Assembly (NCBI GenBank): GCA_038232455.1
Contig: JBBSHU010000003.1
Span: forward strand, 2,912-66,911
Direction of reading: 5' to 3'
DNA length: 64,000 nucleotides
Source of the DNA: Acidimicrobiales bacterium
Lineage (GTDB): Bacteria > Actinomycetota > Acidimicrobiia > Acidimicrobiales > AC-14
In this document: positions 1 through 9,773 of the stretch, in pieces
Layout: the number at the start of each line of letters is the position of its first letter
Numbering within the stretch: position 1 is the first letter of the stretch
Position numbers and translations under genes: made by a program
Notes under the pieces: model-generated
Seen by the model: the letters and a program-made list of their open reading frames with translations, nothing else
Told to the model about the DNA's origin: nothing
The model's database searches: none

Positions 1-124
1 GCTGCTGATCGACCCGGTCGAGCAAGAACGAGCGCAAGGCCCGATAGGTCACGAAGTCGGTGGCAGCGAGGCCGATGATGACCAGCCCCAACACGACGAG
101 CAGCAGGCGGCTCCGTAACGACAA
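1..124 (-). CDS. sensor histidine kinase, N-terminal fragment (continues beyond window start)
   Basis: Minus strand from TTG (122-124) reads LSLRSRLLLVVLGLVIIGLAATDFVTYRALRSFLLDRVDQQ. This is a signal-anchor TM helix typical of the kinase that follows an OmpR-type regulator. It begins 7 nt after the regulator stop (132-134). Only 41 aa are visible. Confidence 0.45.
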   Translation of the reverse strand, partial: MSLRSRLLLVVLGLVIIGLAATDFVTYRALRSFLLDRVDQQ

Positions 125-131
125 AGGCCGC

Positions 132-833
<702 letters not shown>

Positions 834-891
834 CACTCCATCGTGGACCCTCTTGCTGTGGGTTCGCTGAGAACAGGGGGTAGGCCTCCCG

Positions 892-1698
892 TCAGTTGAG
901 GCGGGCGCGCAGCGCCAGGGCCTCGGCCTCCAGGGCCGCCTCCATGGCGGGCAGGGCGACGGCCAGGCCCTCCAGGACCTCGGCGGCCTCGACGAACTGG
1001 CCGGTCGACCCGAGCACCCGGGCCAGCTCCCGGCGCTCGATGGCCGGCGTTCCGGGGATGGCCAGCCGCAGAGCGAAGACCCAGGCCAGGCTGTCGAGAT
1101 CACCCTGGGACGCGTAGATCGCCCGGAGGTTGGCCAGCATCCGACCGAGGATGGCCCGGGGCCCGACGGGATCGAGGTAGGACTCGACGAAGGGGGCATC
1201 GAGTCCGTTGACGGCCTTGAAGCGCTCGATGCACCCGGCTCGATCGAGAACCCGGCCGCCGGCGAAGGGGTCGACGAACACCGGCGGCTCGCCCGCGACG
1301 TCGTGGCGCAACAGGAAATGGCCGGGCAGGCCCACGCCGACCAGATTCAGGCCCAGGCGGCGGCCGATGGCGATGCCCAGCACCGACAGGGTGATGGGCA
1401 GGCCCACCCGCCGGCGCACGACCACGTTGAGGAACGAGTTGTCGGGGTCGTAGTAGTGGGCGACATTGCCCGTGAAGCCCAACCCTTCGAACAGGTGGCG
1501 ACGCCAACCGTCGAGGTCCCGGGATGGGCACCCTTCGGCAATGCCGTCGAGAAGCTCGAGCTCGAAGTCGATGTCGAGATCGGGGTAGGCGTGGGCGGCC
1601 ACGAGCAGGGCGGCCTCGTCGAGGTCGAACTCGTCCTCGGGGCCCTGGACGAGCTCGGCGAAGCGCATCGTGGGGTCGTCGCTGGCCACGGACGCCAA
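892..1698 (-). CDS. transglutaminase-like / SirB1 (UPF0162) family protein
   Basis: 268-aa ORF with AHYYDPDNSFLNVVVRRRVGLPITLSVLGIAIGRRLGL...GLPGHFLLRH core and a helical TPR-like C-terminus, as in the SirB1 N-terminal domain family. Confidence 0.7.
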   Translation of the reverse strand: MASVASDDPTMRFAELVQGPEDEFDLDEAALLVAAHAYPDLDIDFELELLDGIAEGCPSRDLDGWRRHLFEGLGFTGNVAHYYDPDNSFLNVVVRRRVGLPITLSVLGIAIGRRLGLNLVGVGLPGHFLLRHDVAGEPPVFVDPFAGGRVLDRAGCIERFKAVNGLDAPFVESYLDPVGPRAILGRMLANLRAIYASQGDLDSLAWVFALRLAIPGTPAIERRELARVLGSTGQFVEAAEVLEGLAVALPAMEAALEAEALALRARLN

Positions 1699-1729
1699 GG
1701 TACCGCCGGTCGCCTACGATCGGTGTCCG

Positions 1730-1987
1730 ATGGCAACCGCGAGCCCCACCCCCACCCCGAATCCCAATGCCATGAAGTACACCCTCGACGTGCGTCTTCC
1801 GAGCACCATCAACTTCGCCAACGCCGAAGCCGCCGCCGACCACCCCTTCGCGGCCGCAGTGTTCGCCGGCGGCGGGGCGGCATCGTTGTTCGGCGTGAAC
1901 GACTTCGTCACCATCACCCGCCAGCCCGGGGCCGACTGGGACACCATCACGGCGACCGTGCAGGCCGCCGCGGCCGAGCACCTGTAG
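1730..1987 (+). CDS. NifU N-terminal (Nfu_N) domain protein
   Basis: ATG 1730 within ORF 1670..1987. TPNPNAMKYTLD ... GVNDFVTITRQPGADW matches the Nfu_N scaffold-domain signature (TPNPNALKF...). Confidence 0.7.
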   Translation: MATASPTPTPNPNAMKYTLDVRLPSTINFANAEAAADHPFAAAVFAGGGAASLFGVNDFVTITRQPGADWDTITATVQAAAAEHL

Positions 1988-2009
1988 CGCCCGCTCTCCT
2001 CCTCTGCCC

Positions 2010-4742
2010 GTGAGCGTCGAGATGGAACTCGACAACGCCCTCCGGGCCGACATGAGGTTGCTGGGCTCGTTGCTCGGCCAGACGCTGGTACGCCAGGTCG
2101 GCCCCGAGCTGCTCGAGCTGGTCGAACAGGTGCGGGGCCTCAGCCGTAAGAGTCGCCAGGTGGGTGGCGCCCATTACATGGCCGACGCGCTGGGCGAGGC
2201 CGACCTGCCCACCACGATCTGGCTGGCCCGGGCCTTCACCTCGTACTTCCTCCTGGCCAACACCGCCGAGCAGGTGCACCGGGCCGCCGCCCTCGACCGG
2301 CTCAGAGTCGAGAACGGGAGCGCCATCGGCCAGATGGCCGGTCGGGTGGCGTCGGACCCCGAAGCCGTCGCCGAGTTGGTTCGCTCGGTGGGCAGGATCG
2401 AGCTGCGGCCGGTGTTCACCGCCCATCCCACCGAGGTGGCCCGCCGGTCGGTGCTCACCAAGCTCCGGGGCATCGGTGAGCTGTTGGAGGTGCGAAGCCG
2501 CAGCGGAGGCTCCGACCAGGTGGCCATCGACGAACGGATGGCCGAGCTCGTCGATCTTCTGTGGCAGACCGACGAGCTGCGTCGTGAGCGCCCGACGCCG
2601 GCCCAAGAGGCAAGCGCGGTGAACTATTACCTCGACGACCTGGCGCGCAATGTCGTACCCCGAGTGGTCGACGACTTCGTCGGCCAGGTGAGGCATCTGG
2701 GAGTGGAGTTTCCGCCGGGTGCGACGCCGGTGCGGTTCGGGAGCTGGGTCGGAGGCGACCGCGATGGCAACCCCAACGTCACCCCGGAGGTGACGGAGGC
2801 CGTCCTCGCCCAGCAGCACCACCTGGGGATCGGCATGCTCCTGGCCGACATCGACGCCCTCATCACCGAGCTCAGCTCGTCGACCCAGATCACCGCCGTG
2901 TCCGACGATTTGCGGACCAGCATGATGGCCGACGCCGACCTACTGCCCGAGATCGTGTCCCGCTACGGCAAGCTCAACGCCGAGGAGCCTTATCGCCTGA
3001 AGGCCTCGTTCATCGCTCAGCGCCTCCGCAACACCCGGGTACGTCTGGCCGAAGGACGCGCAATCGTGGTCCGGTCCGAGTACCCCGATGCCGCCGCCCT
3101 GTACGCCGACCTCGAGCTCATGCGCGAGTCACTTATGGCCAACCGGGGCCAACTCGTGGCCAGCGGATCACTGTCCCGGATCATGCGCTCGGTGACAGCG
3201 TTCGGGTTCCAGCTCGCCACCCTCGACATCCGCGAGCACGCCGAACGCCTCCACGCCGCGGTGGGCGCGGCGTTCGACGGCCTGGCCGAGTCCGACCGGC
3301 CCTACTCGTCGCTGGACGGCCCCGAACGGTTCGCCCTGCTGAGCGCCGAGCTACGAAGCCGGCGCCCGCTCCTGGGGCCGATCCCCGCGCTCGACGGCCA
3401 GGCCGCCGACACCTACGCACAGTTCACGACGCTGCGTTCGGTGCTCGACCGGTTCGGCCCGGACGCAGTGGAGAGCTACATCGTGTCGATGACGAAAGGG
3501 CCCCACGACGTCCTCGCCGCCGTGGTTCTCGCCCGAGAGGCCGGCTTGGTCGACGTGCACCGCGGTGTCGCCCGCATCGGGTTCGTCCCGCTCCTCGAGA
3601 CGGCGGAGGAGCTGGACTCGGCCGGAGAGATCGTCGACCGCCTGCTGTACGATCCGTCCTACCGGGCCGTGGTCGCCATGCGCGGCGACGTCCAGGAGGT
3701 GATGCTCGGCTACTCGGACTCCAACAAGGACGCCGGCGTCGTCGCCTCCCAGTGGAAGATTCACAAGGCGCAACGCATGCTCCGGGACACGGCCCGGTGC
3801 CACGGGGTGCTCCTGCGTCTCTTCCACGGCCGCGGGGGCACCGTCGGACGGGGCGGGGGCCCCACCCACGATGCCGTCCTCGCCCAGCCTTTCGGCGTGC
3901 TCCAGGGACCGATGAAGCTCACCGAGCAGGGGGAGGTGATCTCCGACAAATACCTGCTTCCCAGCCTGGCCCGTCACAACCTCGACCTGGCCCTGGCCGC
4001 GGTGGCCGAGGCGGTGGTCCTGCACCGCACCTCCCGGTTGGCGGACGACGTGCTCGACCGGTGGGACGCCACCATGGATGTCGTCTCCGCATCGGCCGCC
4101 ACCGCCTACCGGTCGCTCCTGGCCGAACCCGGCCTGGCCGGGTACTTCCGGGCGTCGACACCGGTGGAGGAGCTCGCCGAGCTGAACATCGGCTCCCGCC
4201 CGGCCCGGCGCGCCCCCGGAGCCGACTTCGAGGGCCTGCGGGCGATCCCGTGGGTCTTCGCGTGGACGCAATCCCGCCAGATCGTTCCCGGGTGGTTCGG
4301 TGTGGGGTCGGGCCTTGCTGCCGCCCGGGCCTCCGAGGGTTTCGGGGCCCTGGCCGAGATGTACGGCGGGTGGCACTTCTTCCGGACCTTCATCTCCAAC
4401 GTGGAGATGGTGCTGGCCAAGGTCGACCTCGGCATCGCCCGCCTCTACGTGGACCGCCTCGTCGATCCGGCGCTGCACTACCTTTTCGACGTCATCCAGA
4501 CCGAGTACGACCTCACCGTCGCCGAGGTCCTGGCCGTCACTGGCCAGGACAGGCTTCTCGAGCGCCAACCTGCCCTGGGCCGCACCCTCCGCGTGCGCGA
4601 TCTCTACCTCGACCCCATCAGCCACCTCCAGGTCAACCTGCTCTCCCGGTGGCGACAGGCCGATGAGCCCGACCCCATGCTGCGCCGAGGATTGCTGGTC
4701 ACCATCAACGGCATCGCCGCCGGCCTCCGCAACACTGGTTGA
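2010..4742 (+). CDS. ppc: phosphoenolpyruvate carboxylase
   Basis: 910-aa ORF with hallmark motifs VFTAHPTE, GYSDSNKDAG, FHGRGGTVGRGGGP and the C-terminal ...AAGLRNTG. Confidence 0.95.
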   Translation: MSVEMELDNALRADMRLLGSLLGQTLVRQVGPELLELVEQVRGLSRKSRQVGGAHYMADALGEADLPTTIWLARAFTSYFLLANTAEQVHRAAALDRLRVENGSAIGQMAGRVASDPEAVAELVRSVGRIELRPVFTAHPTEVARRSVLTKLRGIGELLEVRSRSGGSDQVAIDERMAELVDLLWQTDELRRERPTPAQEASAVNYYLDDLARNVVPRVVDDFVGQVRHLGVEFPPGATPVRFGSWVGGDRDGNPNVTPEVTEAVLAQQHHLGIGMLLADIDALITELSSSTQITAVSDDLRTSMMADADLLPEIVSRYGKLNAEEPYRLKASFIAQRLRNTRVRLAEGRAIVVRSEYPDAAALYADLELMRESLMANRGQLVASGSLSRIMRSVTAFGFQLATLDIREHAERLHAAVGAAFDGLAESDRPYSSLDGPERFALLSAELRSRRPLLGPIPALDGQAADTYAQFTTLRSVLDRFGPDAVESYIVSMTKGPHDVLAAVVLAREAGLVDVHRGVARIGFVPLLETAEELDSAGEIVDRLLYDPSYRAVVAMRGDVQEVMLGYSDSNKDAGVVASQWKIHKAQRMLRDTARCHGVLLRLFHGRGGTVGRGGGPTHDAVLAQPFGVLQGPMKLTEQGEVISDKYLLPSLARHNLDLALAAVAEAVVLHRTSRLADDVLDRWDATMDVVSASAATAYRSLLAEPGLAGYFRASTPVEELAELNIGSRPARRAPGADFEGLRAIPWVFAWTQSRQIVPGWFGVGSGLAAARASEGFGALAEMYGGWHFFRTFISNVEMVLAKVDLGIARLYVDRLVDPALHYLFDVIQTEYDLTVAEVLAVTGQDRLLERQPALGRTLRVRDLYLDPISHLQVNLLSRWRQADEPDPMLRRGLLVTINGIAAGLRNTG

Positions 4743-4746
4743 CCTC

Positions 4747-5117
4747 ATGCTCGACCACGTATCCATCCAGTGCGCCGACGTGGCGACCAGCGCCGCCTTC
4801 TACGACACCGTTCTCGGCCCGCTCGGCGGCTCCCGGTTGATGGACTTCGGCCAGGTCGTCGGTTTCGGCGTTGCTCCGATGCCCGATTTCTGGCTGGGCC
4901 CCGGACCACCGGTGAGGGCTTCCGCGAGTCTCACATCGCCTTTTCGGCGCCCGACCGGGCAGGCGTGCGGGCGTTCTTCGACGCCGCCGTGGGAACCGGC
5001 GCCGAAGTCCTGCGGGAACCACGGATGTGCCCCGAATACCACCCCGCCTATTACGGCGCCTTCGTCCGAGATCCCGACGGCAACAACGTCGAGGCTGTCT
5101 GCAACCTACCGGAGTAG
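4747..5117 (+). pseudogene. glyoxalase/VOC-family gene, frameshifted
   Basis: N-terminal half MLDHVSIQCADVATSAAFYDTVLGP...PDFWLG is in the frame of ATG 4747. The C-terminal half TTGEGFRESHIAFSAPDRAGVRAFFDAAV...AFVRDPDGNNVEAVCNLPE is in the frame of ORF 4770..5117. The junction lies at gggcccc (4896-4902). Confidence 0.7.
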
Positions 5118-5122
5118 GCGAG

Positions 5123-5317
5123 TCAGCAGTCTGCGAGGGCGCAGATTCCCCGGCAGATCTCGTCGGTGTCGCCGGCATCGAGCAGCGCAGACGGGGTGGA
5201 GCCATTCGAGCGCTGTCCGCCGGCGGGCGGTGGCCGCCGCCCCAGGTGGGCCACGCCGACCACGTCGACGCCTTTGGTGGCGACGGCCGTGACGAAGGGA
5301 TCGCCAGTATCGATCAT
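5123..5317 (-). CDS. hypothetical small protein with C-terminal C-x3-C-x4-C
   Basis: ATG 5317 to TGA 5123 (64 codons): MIDTGDPFVTAVATKGVDVVGVAHLG...DEICRGICALADC. Third positions are mostly G/C. No SD and no family recognised. An antisense plus-strand ORF (5166..5399) is an alternative explanation. Confidence 0.25.
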   Translation of the reverse strand: MIDTGDPFVTAVATKGVDVVGVAHLGRRPPPAGGQRSNGSTPSALLDAGDTDEICRGICALADC

Positions 5318-5346
5318 GTCGCGGATGACCGAGACGAGTCTGACCG

Positions 5347-5604
5347 TCAGGCGGGGCCCATCTCGGCGGCCATCTGGAGCTTGGGGCGCACCGAGGTGAG
5401 GTATTCGAGGGCGGCCACCACGCCGACGATGCCGATGCCGAGGATCGTCCCCACCACCATGACGAGAATCCAGGTCCGGCGACTGAGACCGACCCGGGTC
5501 CACTGCACGGCGGGCCGGCGGGCGGCGTCGATGATGGCGGCAATAGGAAGGGAGAGGAGTCCGAGGCCGATCACCAGCAGGGCTATCCCGGTGGGACCGG
5601 GCAT
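5347..5604 (-). CDS. small two-TM membrane protein (PLD-nuclease N-terminal-like)
   Basis: ATG at 5604 overlaps the stop of the macro-domain gene (ATGA). IALLVIGLGLLSLPIAAIIDAARRPAVQW...RRTWILVMVVGTILGIGIVGVV resembles the PLDc_N small membrane domain. Confidence 0.55.
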   Translation of the reverse strand: MPGPTGIALLVIGLGLLSLPIAAIIDAARRPAVQWTRVGLSRRTWILVMVVGTILGIGIVGVVAALEYLTSVRPKLQMAAEMGPA

Positions 5605-6167
5605 CAGCCGACGCCTCCCAGCAGGCGGCGGTAGAGGGCGAACGTGGCGTCGTCGAAGGCAACCAGGGTGACCTCCTCGAGGTGGGCCCACGCAGACGCC
5701 GACTCCGACACCGTCTCGAAGGCGATCGCCGCGGCCTGCTCGGGCGGGTAGCCGTAGATCCCTGTCGAGATGGCCGGAAACGCCAGCGACCGGGCGCCCA
5801 GCTCGTCGACCACCTGGAGGGAGCGTCGGTAGCACGACGCCAGCAGGTCGGCTTCGCCGGCGGTACCGCCCCGCCACACGGGGCCGACGGTATGGACGAC
5901 CCAGCGGGCCGGTAGGCCGAAGCCCGGCGTGGCCTTGGCGTCGCCCGTGGGGCACCCGCCGAGCGCCCGGCAGGCCTCGACCAGCTGGGGACCGGCCCGC
6001 CGGTGGATGGCCCCGTCGACCCCGCCACCGCCCAGCAGCGACTCGTTGGCGGCGTTGACGATGGCGTCGACCTCCAGGGCGGTGATGTCGCCGGTGATCG
6101 CCTCCAAGCGCACGGCGATCAGTCTGCTCGGCGGTGGGGCTTGCGCCCCCCCCCAGTCACGAGCCAT
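5604..6167 (-). CDS. macro-domain protein (O-acetyl-ADP-ribose deacetylase, YmdB-like)
   Basis: [36 protein letters not shown] ... [13 protein letters not shown]. Start placed at MARDWGG (6167) rather than 6212, because the longer form would translate through a perfect palindrome. Confidence 0.85.
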   Translation of the reverse strand: MARDWGGAQAPPPSRLIAVRLEAITGDITALEVDAIVNAANESLLGGGGVDGAIHRRAGPQLVEACRALGGCPTGDAKATPGFGLPARWVVHTVGPVWRGGTAGEADLLASCYRRSLQVVDELGARSLAFPAISTGIYGYPPEQAAAIAFETVSESASAWAHLEEVTLVAFDDATFALYRRLLGGVG

Positions 6168-6172
6168 GATGA

Positions 6173-6194
6173 CACTGTTGTAATTACAACAGTG
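6173..6194. promoter_or_regulatory. perfect 22-bp palindrome, candidate operator
   Basis: cactgttgtaattacaacagtg is identical to its own reverse complement. It has an AT-rich core in a GC-rich genome. It lies 6 nt upstream of the macro-gene start and 82 nt upstream of the divergent whiB start. Confidence 0.5.
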
Positions 6195-6275
6195 GGATAG
6201 GTGCAACCGCATCTACCCGGAGACGACGTGGCCGCAGTGACTTGACGGCGCGAAGCCGGCGAAGGAGCGAGCCGA

Positions 6276-6554
6276 ATGGACAGGCGAGGGCACAGGTTCG
6301 ACCTTGGTGACCGCACATGGCAGGGCCAGGCCAACTGCCTGGGGGTCGATCCCGACCTGTTCTTTCCGGAGCGAGGAGCGTCGACGCGCGAGGCCAAGTC
6401 CGTCTGTCGCGGATGTGTCGTGCGGGAGGACTGCCTCGAGTACGCACTCGTCAACGGCGAGAAGTTCGGGATCTGGGGCGGGCTGTCGGAGCGGGAGCGC
6501 CGGCGCATCCGCCGCCAGCGCGCCGGCGCCCGGCGCGACGTGGCCTCCGCCTGA
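6276..6554 (+). CDS. whiB: WhiB-family (Wbl) transcriptional regulator
   Basis: Four Cys in Wbl spacing (NCLGV ... CRGCVVREDC), the GIWGG turn and a basic tail ERERRRIRRQR. SD gaaggag lies 8 nt upstream. Confidence 0.9.
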   Translation: MDRRGHRFDLGDRTWQGQANCLGVDPDLFFPERGASTREAKSVCRGCVVREDCLEYALVNGEKFGIWGGLSERERRRIRRQRAGARRDVASA

Positions 6555-6641
6555 TCGATCTCCGGCGACCCCGGCCGCAGCCCTCCACGACGGGCTGTGG
6601 CCGGCGGGCGCCGGCGCTGGTCCACAAGCATGGGCCGTCCT

Positions 6642-7454
6642 CTACGAGGTGCCGCCCCCGTGCTCGGCCAGCCGGGACTCGATGGTGCGCGACGGGTGCA
6701 GGTCGAGCTCGGCCCACCGTTCGGGCGCTACGCCGTCGACCACCGCGGCGGGGACCAGCCCCACCAGCTCGGCCCGATCCACCGCCACCCGGGCGGCCAC
6801 GACGTCGTAGACCTGAGCCGGCCCCACGGCCAGGGGGTCGACCAGGTTCATGGAGACCTGCGCTCTTCCGCCCACGTCGAGCCCGAGGGCCCGCACGGCC
6901 GGGCTCCGGAGGGCGACGGCCACGGACCGGGCCACCGCGGTGTCGGTCCCCGGGGCCAGCCAGAGGTTGTAGGCCACCAGGACGCCCCGTGCCCCGACGC
7001 ACACCGCCCCGGCGGTGGGGTGGGGGACCGGCGGCCCCGTAGCGGGCGCCAGGTCGTCAAAGGCCCGGCGACGTACCTCGGGTAGCGACCGCTCGGGCCC
7101 GTAGACGAAGCTCGGCAGGCCGAGCTCGGCGGCCGCCCAGGCGGCGAACCGGTCCCGAGCCCCGATGGCATCGTCGAGGAGCGTGGTCCCCAGGGGGACG
7201 AACGGTACGACGTCAACGGCGCCGAGCCGGGGGTGGGCCCCTGCGTGGTCCCGGAGGTCGACGGCGGCCACGGTCCGAACGGCCACCGCCCGCACCGCCG
7301 CTTCGAGGCCGTCGCCGCCGGCCAGGGTCAGCACGGCCCGGTTGTGGTCGGCGTCGACGTGGAGGTCGAGCAGGTGGCCACCCGCGGCTGCCACGACCGT
7401 GTCGATGACGGCGGGGCGGCGTCCCTCGCTGATGTTCACCACGCACTCGAGCAC
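6642..7454 (-). CDS. glutamate formimidoyltransferase (FTCD N-domain family)
   Basis: GTG 7454 gives VLECVVNISEGRR..., DHNRAVLTLAG, HPRLGAVDVVPFVPL, which are typical formiminotransferase N- and C-subdomain motifs. Confidence 0.8.
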   Translation of the reverse strand: MLECVVNISEGRRPAVIDTVVAAAGGHLLDLHVDADHNRAVLTLAGGDGLEAAVRAVAVRTVAAVDLRDHAGAHPRLGAVDVVPFVPLGTTLLDDAIGARDRFAAWAAAELGLPSFVYGPERSLPEVRRRAFDDLAPATGPPVPHPTAGAVCVGARGVLVAYNLWLAPGTDTAVARSVAVALRSPAVRALGLDVGGRAQVSMNLVDPLAVGPAQVYDVVAARVAVDRAELVGLVPAAVVDGVAPERWAELDLHPSRTIESRLAEHGGGTS

Positions 7455-7527
7455 CGGCGCAGTGTGCCCTGTCCCGTGCCGGAACGCCTTTCCTGGGCGG
7501 TGCTTGTACGGTGGCGCCGACGTGGCG

Positions 7528-8469
7528 ATGCACCTGGGCCTGGCCCTACCGCAGTTCGACCTCCCGGCCCCGGCCCCGGCGCAGCGTCCGGGCCGCTCGG
7601 GCCCGGTTTCGTGGTCGACGGTCCAGGAATGCGCCCAGCGGGCCGAAGACCTGGGTTTCGAGTCGTTGTGGCTCACCGACCAGGGGTTTGATCCCCTCGT
7701 GGCCCTCGGCGCCCTGGCCCGGGTCGTTCACCGGGTCCGCCTGGCCACGATGGCGCTCGACGCAACCTGTCGTCCGGCCGCGGTCGTGGCCAAGGCCCTG
7801 GCCACGATCGACGTCGTGTCCGGAGGCCGGCTGGTCGTCGGCCTGGGCACCCCTCACGAGGACGAGCCGGTCGCGCTGGCCGAGACCTGCCAGGTCCTGG
7901 TCGGCATGTTCGACGGGGGGCCGTTCTCGTTCAGCGGGGCCCACGTGCAGGTCGCCGGGGCCCGCTGCCTCCCCCTGCCCGTTCAACGCCCACATCCCCC
8001 GATCTGGGTCTGCGGCGCCAGCGATGAGCTGCTCGACGTCGTCGCCCGCCACGCCGACGGCTGGAGCGCGTCGTGGGCCTGGACCCCCGAGGCCTACCGC
8101 AGCCGCCGGGACATCCTGGATGCCGCCTGTGACCGGGTGGGTCGCGACCCGGCCACCGTCACCCGCGCGGTGGGGCTGTGCACCCTGGTGGGCGAGGACG
8201 AAGCCGACCTGTCGCGCCGGTTCCGGCACCTCTCGGGCCTGGACGGCATGGCGGGAGTCTCCCTGGACGAGTGGCGCCGAGGCCGCCTGGTGGGGACGGT
8301 GGACGAGGTAGGCCGCCAGCTCGAAGAGTGGGAGGCGCTCGGCGTGGACACCCTGGTCCTGGGGGTCGGCACGGTTCCGTTTTCGGCAACGGGGCCCGAC
8401 GACATGGCAATGTTGGCCTCAGCCTGTAGGCTTGAGGGCGTATGGGCCTCGGACCCCCCGAACTTCTGA
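7528..8469 (+). CDS. LLM-class (luciferase-like) flavin/F420-dependent oxidoreductase
   Basis: ATG 7528 within ORF 7165..8469. [41 protein letters not shown] and [20 protein letters not shown] are luciferase-like monooxygenase hallmarks. The 3' end overlaps tatA by 28 nt. Confidence 0.8.
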   Translation: MHLGLALPQFDLPAPAPAQRPGRSGPVSWSTVQECAQRAEDLGFESLWLTDQGFDPLVALGALARVVHRVRLATMALDATCRPAAVVAKALATIDVVSGGRLVVGLGTPHEDEPVALAETCQVLVGMFDGGPFSFSGAHVQVAGARCLPLPVQRPHPPIWVCGASDELLDVVARHADGWSASWAWTPEAYRSRRDILDAACDRVGRDPATVTRAVGLCTLVGEDEADLSRRFRHLSGLDGMAGVSLDEWRRGRLVGTVDEVGRQLEEWEALGVDTLVLGVGTVPFSATGPDDMAMLASACRLEGVWASDPPNF

Positions 8470-8705
8470 TCATTCTTCTCATCGTCTTCCTCCTCTTCGG
8501 CGCGACCCGGCTTCCCAAGCTGGCCAAATCGCTGGGCGAGGCGTCGAAGGAGTTCAAGAAGGGCGTGGCCGAGTCCGAGAATGAACAGAACCCCCCTACA
8601 CCGAAGCCCGACGACAAGGTCACCATGACCAACGCCGAGCTCGATGCCCTCCTCGCCGAGCGCGAGGCCCGGGCGCGTAGAGACGCGCCGCCCACCTCTT
8701 CTTAG
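8442..8705 (+). CDS. tatA: twin-arginine translocase subunit TatA/E
   Basis: [41 protein letters not shown] is the canonical TatA TM helix plus amphipathic helix. Confidence 0.9.
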   Translation: MGLGPPELLIILLIVFLLFGATRLPKLAKSLGEASKEFKKGVAESENEQNPPTPKPDDKVTMTNAELDALLAEREARARRDAPPTSS

Positions 8706-8737
8706 AGGGAACTCGGCGGCGGTCGCCGTCGTTCTCC

Positions 8738-9262
8738 ATGGCAGGTAGTGGGATTCCGACGTGGGAGGAGGTTGCGCGCAGCCATGGCCGCTTCCTCTAC
8801 ACCGTCGCCTACCGCCTGACCGGGAACAACGACGATGCACAGGATCTCGTGCAGGAGGTGCTGCTCCGGGTCCGCAAGGGTCTGAGCACCTACAAGCCTG
8901 GGAACCTCGAGGGGTGGTTGAGCCGAATCACGACGAATGCCTTCCTCGATGAGGTTCGCTGGCGACGACGCCGTCCCGCCGAGGTGATGGCCGACGAACC
9001 CGACCGGGTCCTGCCCCCGACCGTGGGCGCCGATGTCGCCCTGGAGGCCGAGGTCTTCTCGGCCGACATCCAGGCCGCTCTGGGGCGGCTCCCCGACGAG
9101 TACCGGACCGCGGTAGTTCTCTGCGACGTGGTCGGCCACTCCTACGAGGAGATCGCCGAGTCCCTCGACATCCCCCTCGGTACCGTCCGGAGTCGGATCC
9201 ACCGTGGACGGGCCCAACTCCGCAAGGCCCTCGTGTCCGGAGGTCACCGTGACGCCGGATGA
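8738..9262 (+). CDS. sigE: ECF RNA polymerase sigma factor (SigE-like)
   Basis: Region 2 (AQDLVQEVLLRVRKGL), GWLSRITTNAFLD, and region 4 (YRTAVVLCDVVGHSYEEIAESLDIPLGTVRSRIHRGR). It is followed by an anti-sigma gene, as in mycobacterial sigE-rseA. Confidence 0.9.
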   Translation: MAGSGIPTWEEVARSHGRFLYTVAYRLTGNNDDAQDLVQEVLLRVRKGLSTYKPGNLEGWLSRITTNAFLDEVRWRRRRPAEVMADEPDRVLPPTVGADVALEAEVFSADIQAALGRLPDEYRTAVVLCDVVGHSYEEIAESLDIPLGTVRSRIHRGRAQLRKALVSGGHRDAG

Positions 9263-9773
9263 CCCCCGCGCCGGGCCGTCGGCGCACCTCGGCGATGCCC
9301 TGAGCGCCCTCCTCGACGGTGAGCTGAGCGACGCCGACACCGCCGAGGCTCGTGCCCACCTGGCTGCGTGCCCCACGTGCGAAGCCGAGCTGGGGGCGAT
9401 CGGCCAGGCCCGCACCTGGCTTCGCGGCCTTCCCCCCGTCGAGCCACCCGCCGACTTCTTCGAGCGGTTGATCGCCGGCTCCGTGCCCGAACGGAGTGCC
9501 GGCTCCGTGCCCGAACGGAGTGCCGGCCACGAGGCCACGGTGACGCCGCTCAGCGGGGCTCCCAGCCAGAGGCGGCGATGGCGGGCCGGTGTGGCCGCCA
9601 TGTCCGCCTGTGCCGCGGTCACCGTCGTCGTGCTCAGCGTGGCAGCTCCCCACGACCCGCCGACCTCACCCCCGCTGGGCCGCTTCATCGTCGCCCATGA
9701 GACCGAGGTCGGCGTCGGCGACCCGGTGAGCGAGCTGGCCACCGCCGTCGTGCCCGTAGGGTTCCAGCGATGA
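9249..9773 (+). CDS. anti-sigma factor (zf-HC2, RseA-like)
   Basis: GTG 9249 overlaps the sigma gene end. HLAACPTCEAEL is a H-x3-C-x2-C motif, followed by a single TM helix AGVAAMSACAAVTVVVLSVAA. Confidence 0.75.
   Translation: MTPDDPRAGPSAHLGDALSALLDGELSDADTAEARAHLAACPTCEAELGAIGQARTWLRGLPPVEPPADFFERLIAGSVPERSAGSVPERSAGHEATVTPLSGAPSQRRRWRAGVAAMSACAAVTVVVLSVAAPHDPPTSPPLGRFIVAHETEVGVGDPVSELATAVVPVGFQR
9477..9524 (+). repeat. perfect 24-nt tandem duplication inside the anti-sigma gene
   Basis: ggctccgtgcccgaacggagtgcc x2 encodes GSVPERSA-GSVPERSA in frame. Confidence 0.95.

Noticed and set aside
3351-4766. 471-aa minus-strand ORF, and several other ORFs inside 2010-4742
   Set aside because: They are antisense or out of frame relative to ppc, whose motifs are unambiguous. 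The translations are Arg/Gly/Pro-rich with no domain signature.
6168-6212. Longer start (ATG 6212) for the macro-domain gene
   Set aside because: It would translate the perfect palindrome as CCNYNSV and add a non-conserved leader. The MARDWGG start already leaves ~24 aa before the GDIT motif. The choice remains somewhat uncertain.
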